64,000 bases of DNA from an uncultured Candidatus Peribacteria bacterium (GTDB lineage Bacteria; Patescibacteriota; Gracilibacteria; Peribacterales; Peribacteraceae): the NCBI GenBank assembly GCA_964533375.1, contig CAZHLW010000001.1:144063-208062 (forward strand). Reading direction: 5' to 3'. Positions within the stretch are counted from its first letter, which is position 1. Every line of letters begins with the position of its first letter. Of the stretch, positions 61,749 to 64,000 are shown in pieces. The notes beneath the pieces were generated by a model. That model was not told the origin of the DNA. It did not search any database and saw nothing but the letters and a program-made list of their open reading frames with translations. A program made the position numbers and the translations under genes.

Positions 61749-61960
61749 GCGAGAGGGTGAACTTTGTACTTCTCATCCAATCCTTCAATTTCCTGCTTCC
61801 ATTTTTCCATATCAAAACTTTCGTTATGGTCGAGGGTCACTTTCTTCGTATCAATATCAACCTCTGCGCTTTTGATAGCAGAAAATTCGCTGCTTACATC
61901 TTTGATGAGAGCTGCACAGGAAGCGCAGTGGATGCCAGGAATAGAGACACTGGTTTGCAT
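61745..61960 (-). CDS. copZ: CopZ-like HMA copper chaperone
   Basis: [21 protein letters not shown]. Its stop overlaps the copA start (ATGA). Confidence 0.8.
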   Translation of the reverse strand: MQTSVSIPGIHCASCAALIKDVSSEFSAIKSAEVDIDTKKVTLDHNESFDMEKWKQEIEGLDEKYKVHPLA

Positions 61961-61979
61961 AGGCTGGAAGGGAAAATAA

Positions 61980-62249
61980 TTAACGTTTAGAGAGGCCAAC
62001 AACTTTGATGACTTCATCAATAAATGCTTCCTTATCTGCAGGTGATGCGAGCTTCTTTGCGGCACATGTATGTAAATGGCTTTCGAGCACAGCTGCTTGG
62101 ATATGCTTCAAATGCCCCTGCATGGCGAGCGCAAGTTCAAGGATTTCCGTGCAGTAGGCATCATCCTCAACATCTTTCCGCAGTTTAACAGTCAGTCCTT
62201 CCAGCCTGTTGATCGCGGCTAATGTCTTTTTCTTGGCATCTTCTCTCAT
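61980..62249 (-). CDS. csoR: CsoR/RcnR family metal-sensing repressor
   Basis: LEGLTVKLRKDVEDDAYCTEILELALAMQGHLKHIQAAVLESHLHTC, carrying the C...H...C ligand pattern. Confidence 0.88.
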   Translation of the reverse strand: MREDAKKKTLAAINRLEGLTVKLRKDVEDDAYCTEILELALAMQGHLKHIQAAVLESHLHTCAAKKLASPADKEAFIDEVIKVVGLSKR

Positions 62250-62257
62250 ATTATGAA

Positions 62258-62297
62258 GGGGTAGGGGGTAGGGGTACTTTATCCCCGTACCCCCTTA
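62258..62297. promoter_or_regulatory. G/C-tract palindrome upstream of csoR (candidate CsoR operator, or another micro-repeat hairpin)
   Basis: GGGGTA GGGGGTA GGGGTA CTTTAT CCCCGTA CCCCCTTA, 9 nt upstream of the csoR start codon. Confidence 0.45.
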
Positions 62298-62314
62298 CTT
62301 GGCAAGACTTCATT

Positions 62315-62923
62315 TTATAGACGCATCGCAGACCCACTTGCAGCTGCCTGAATCGCTGCACCAATCGCTTCAATGGTGCTCTCCACTCGCTGTCCATTGA
62401 CGAAGAACGTAGGAGTCCCATTCACGCCAAGCTGTTCGCCTTCCTGTTGCGAGGCTTCCACGATAGCCATCTTGATATTGGACTTCCTGCATCTCTCGAA
62501 GAGATCCATATCAAGACCAAGATCTGTTGCCCACTTGGAAATCGCCGTGGGACTCAAGTCGTCCTGATTTTCGTAATCCATCTCCTCAAATTCCCAGAAC
62601 TTCCCCTGATCAGCAGCGCACTCAGCGGCTTCTGCTGCTTCTTTGGAATAGCGGTGATTCGGATAGATTGGGAAATGCTTCACCTCATAACGAATCTGTT
62701 GGCCGTACTGCTCTAGCATCGGCTTTATAACTCTTGTCTGTGCTGCACGGCATGCCTCGCACTGTAAGTCGATGAACTCTGTCACCGTTACGGCAGAATT
62801 GGCATTGCTTCTGGGATGTGGAGGACGATTGGATTCCGTGGCAATTCCTGTCGTATCGACACTGCATGCGGTGAGCAACAGAAGCGATCCGATTACCGAT
62901 GGAAGGAAATAACGTCTATGCAT
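62315..62923 (-). CDS. DsbA-like thioredoxin-fold lipoprotein
   Basis: Lipobox LLLTAC, CEAC redox motif, GTPTFFVNG. Confidence 0.8.
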   Translation of the reverse strand: MHRRYFLPSVIGSLLLLTACSVDTTGIATESNRPPHPRSNANSAVTVTEFIDLQCEACRAAQTRVIKPMLEQYGQQIRYEVKHFPIYPNHRYSKEAAEAAECAADQGKFWEFEEMDYENQDDLSPTAISKWATDLGLDMDLFERCRKSNIKMAIVEASQQEGEQLGVNGTPTFFVNGQRVESTIEAIGAAIQAAASGSAMRL

Positions 62924-62941
62924 GGAAATGGTTGGAAAAAA

Positions 62942-63718
62942 TTACGGAAGCATGGGATCGATTGCCTGTTTGAAATTGGCGAAGGGAACCGCGCCGCTAA
63001 TCTGCGCTGTCTTCCCATCGGGTCCAAGCACCCAGAAACCAGGAGTGCCGTTCACGCCTGATGCTGAGCCATCAGCCATGTCCTTCGCTACTTCATCCTT
63101 GTATTTACTACTATCGAGACATGTATTGAACGTACCCGTGTTCAATTTTAGATCAGCCGCATACTGCTTAAGCGTAGGCACAATGTCCGTTGAATTACTC
63201 CACGTTGCCTGTGTTTCGAAGATTTTGTCATGCATTTCCCAGAACTTTCCCTGATCATCTGCACACTCAGTTGCTTCGGCTGTCTTCTGTGCGTGTGGAT
63301 GGAAACTCAAAGGGAAATCCCTCACTACATACTTCACTTTGCCAGTATCGATGTACTCTTTTTTGATCTGGCCGTAGGCATCTGTGTAATGCCTGCTACA
63401 GAAGGGGCATTGGTAATCCGTGAACTCAACGAGTGTCACAGGCGCATCCTTGTCACCTAGAGTTGGATCGTCACCGACGGTAGGAGGCGTAGCGGGTGGC
63501 TGGGGAGCAGCTTCAGGAGCAGAGGGAGTAGGTACTTGCGCGACTTGTTGAGGGCTTGGATTTCCTGCTGCCAGGGTGAAACGTCCTGCATTGAAGGAAC
63601 CCAGTCCAAATCCTACAATGATACCAATAAGACCCATGGAAACCGCGAACCATGGGTTGCTTCCAGCTGCGGATGGTGCAGCGTTTTTGTGAGCGGAGTC
63701 TTGCCAATTGAGAGCCAT
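62942..63718 (-). CDS. Membrane-anchored DsbA-like thiol:disulfide oxidoreductase
   Basis: TM anchor, Pro/Ala-rich linker, FTDYQCPFCSRH, GTPGFWVLG. Confidence 0.8.
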   Translation of the reverse strand: MALNWQDSAHKNAAPSAAGSNPWFAVSMGLIGIIVGFGLGSFNAGRFTLAAGNPSPQQVAQVPTPSAPEAAPQPPATPPTVGDDPTLGDKDAPVTLVEFTDYQCPFCSRHYTDAYGQIKKEYIDTGKVKYVVRDFPLSFHPHAQKTAEATECADDQGKFWEMHDKIFETQATWSNSTDIVPTLKQYAADLKLNTGTFNTCLDSSKYKDEVAKDMADGSASGVNGTPGFWVLGPDGKTAQISGAVPFANFKQAIDPMLP

Positions 63719-63744
63719 AATGGAAAAGAAAAAGAATAAGAAGA

Positions 63745-64000
63745 TTAAATAACGTTAAATGAACCGCGTACCATGCCCATTGAGCACATGAATGCCAACT
63801 GGCCTTTCGCAGGAGGGGTAAATTCAATGATATTCTCACCGCTTCGCAGGGCTTGAGAGATATTCAGAGAAGGAATTGTCATAATGCTTGTGCAACCTGC
63901 TGCACCTGTTCCATCCACTTTCCAGCGGACAGGAACACCCGCTTTGATTGTGAGGTTCTGTGGCTCGTAGCCATTACGAGTTACTTTCATCGCAATCTCC
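63745..64000 (-). CDS. Cupredoxin-like metal-binding domain protein (partial; continues past the window end)
   Basis: KVTRNGYEPQNLTIKAGVPVRWKV...GCTS...FMCSMGMVRGSFNVI. The frame stays open upstream of the internal Met at 63990. Confidence 0.6.
   Translation of the reverse strand, partial: EIAMKVTRNGYEPQNLTIKAGVPVRWKVDGTGAAGCTSIMTIPSLNISQALRSGENIIEFTPPAKGQLAFMCSMGMVRGSFNVI

Noticed and set aside
1-64000. Possible alternative genetic code (UGA recoding), as seen in some candidate phyla
   Set aside because: Conserved genes such as proS, the LCP gene, hppA and add have full expected lengths and terminate at TGA, and no conserved gene is broken by in-frame TGA. This is consistent with the standard bacterial code.

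Overview
This is a densely coding 64-kb bacterial chromosome segment that uses the standard genetic code. I call about 65 protein genes and one tRNA. The mix of many orphan proteins, a DUF5659-like gene and a CBS-less GuaB suggests a small-genome uncultivated lineage, possibly CPR/Patescibacteria-like, but that is inference only. From 1 to about 47 kb the content is core genome: a ycnI/ycnJ-like copper locus with a cupredoxin lipoprotein, an ECF sigma with a putative anti-sigma, LCP, uppP, an ABC-2 exporter, proS, a 7-kb operon of six orphan proteins, hpf, a 7TM protein followed by an ATP-grasp/HExxH-carboxypeptidase fusion, rplY, a GT2, uvrC carrying a large insertion, a tandem PurE-like protein, hppA, a nucleotide-pool cluster (rdgB, IMPDH paralog, add, guaB, ppnN, pyrG), a Liv-type ABC importer and pyrD/pyrK. 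At 47.5 kb a tRNA-Glu(UUC) abuts an all-minus-strand integrative module. It holds a large serine recombinase, four tandem small paralogs, a split primase/helicase, DUF5659 and a 582-aa protein with a wHTH-like C-terminus. A metal-resistance island follows: HMA-CDF, arsR, a PaaK-like ligase, a CDF, copA with an extra C-terminal domain, copZ, csoR, two DsbA-like proteins and a partial cupredoxin-like ORF. The leads I rate highest are: (1) the hpf-7TM-[ATP-grasp + DUF1704/MATCAP-like carboxypeptidase] operon; (2) the six-gene orphan operon built around a 1081-aa Gly-zipper membrane protein; (3) the array of four diverged ~100-aa paralogs on the integrative element; (4) two families of 6-7-nt periodic micro-repeat elements at gene junctions, with in-frame copies inside guaB and uvrC; (5) a divergent CBS-bearing IMPDH paralog next to a CBS-less guaB. 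All functional calls come from motif recognition by eye; no database searches were run.
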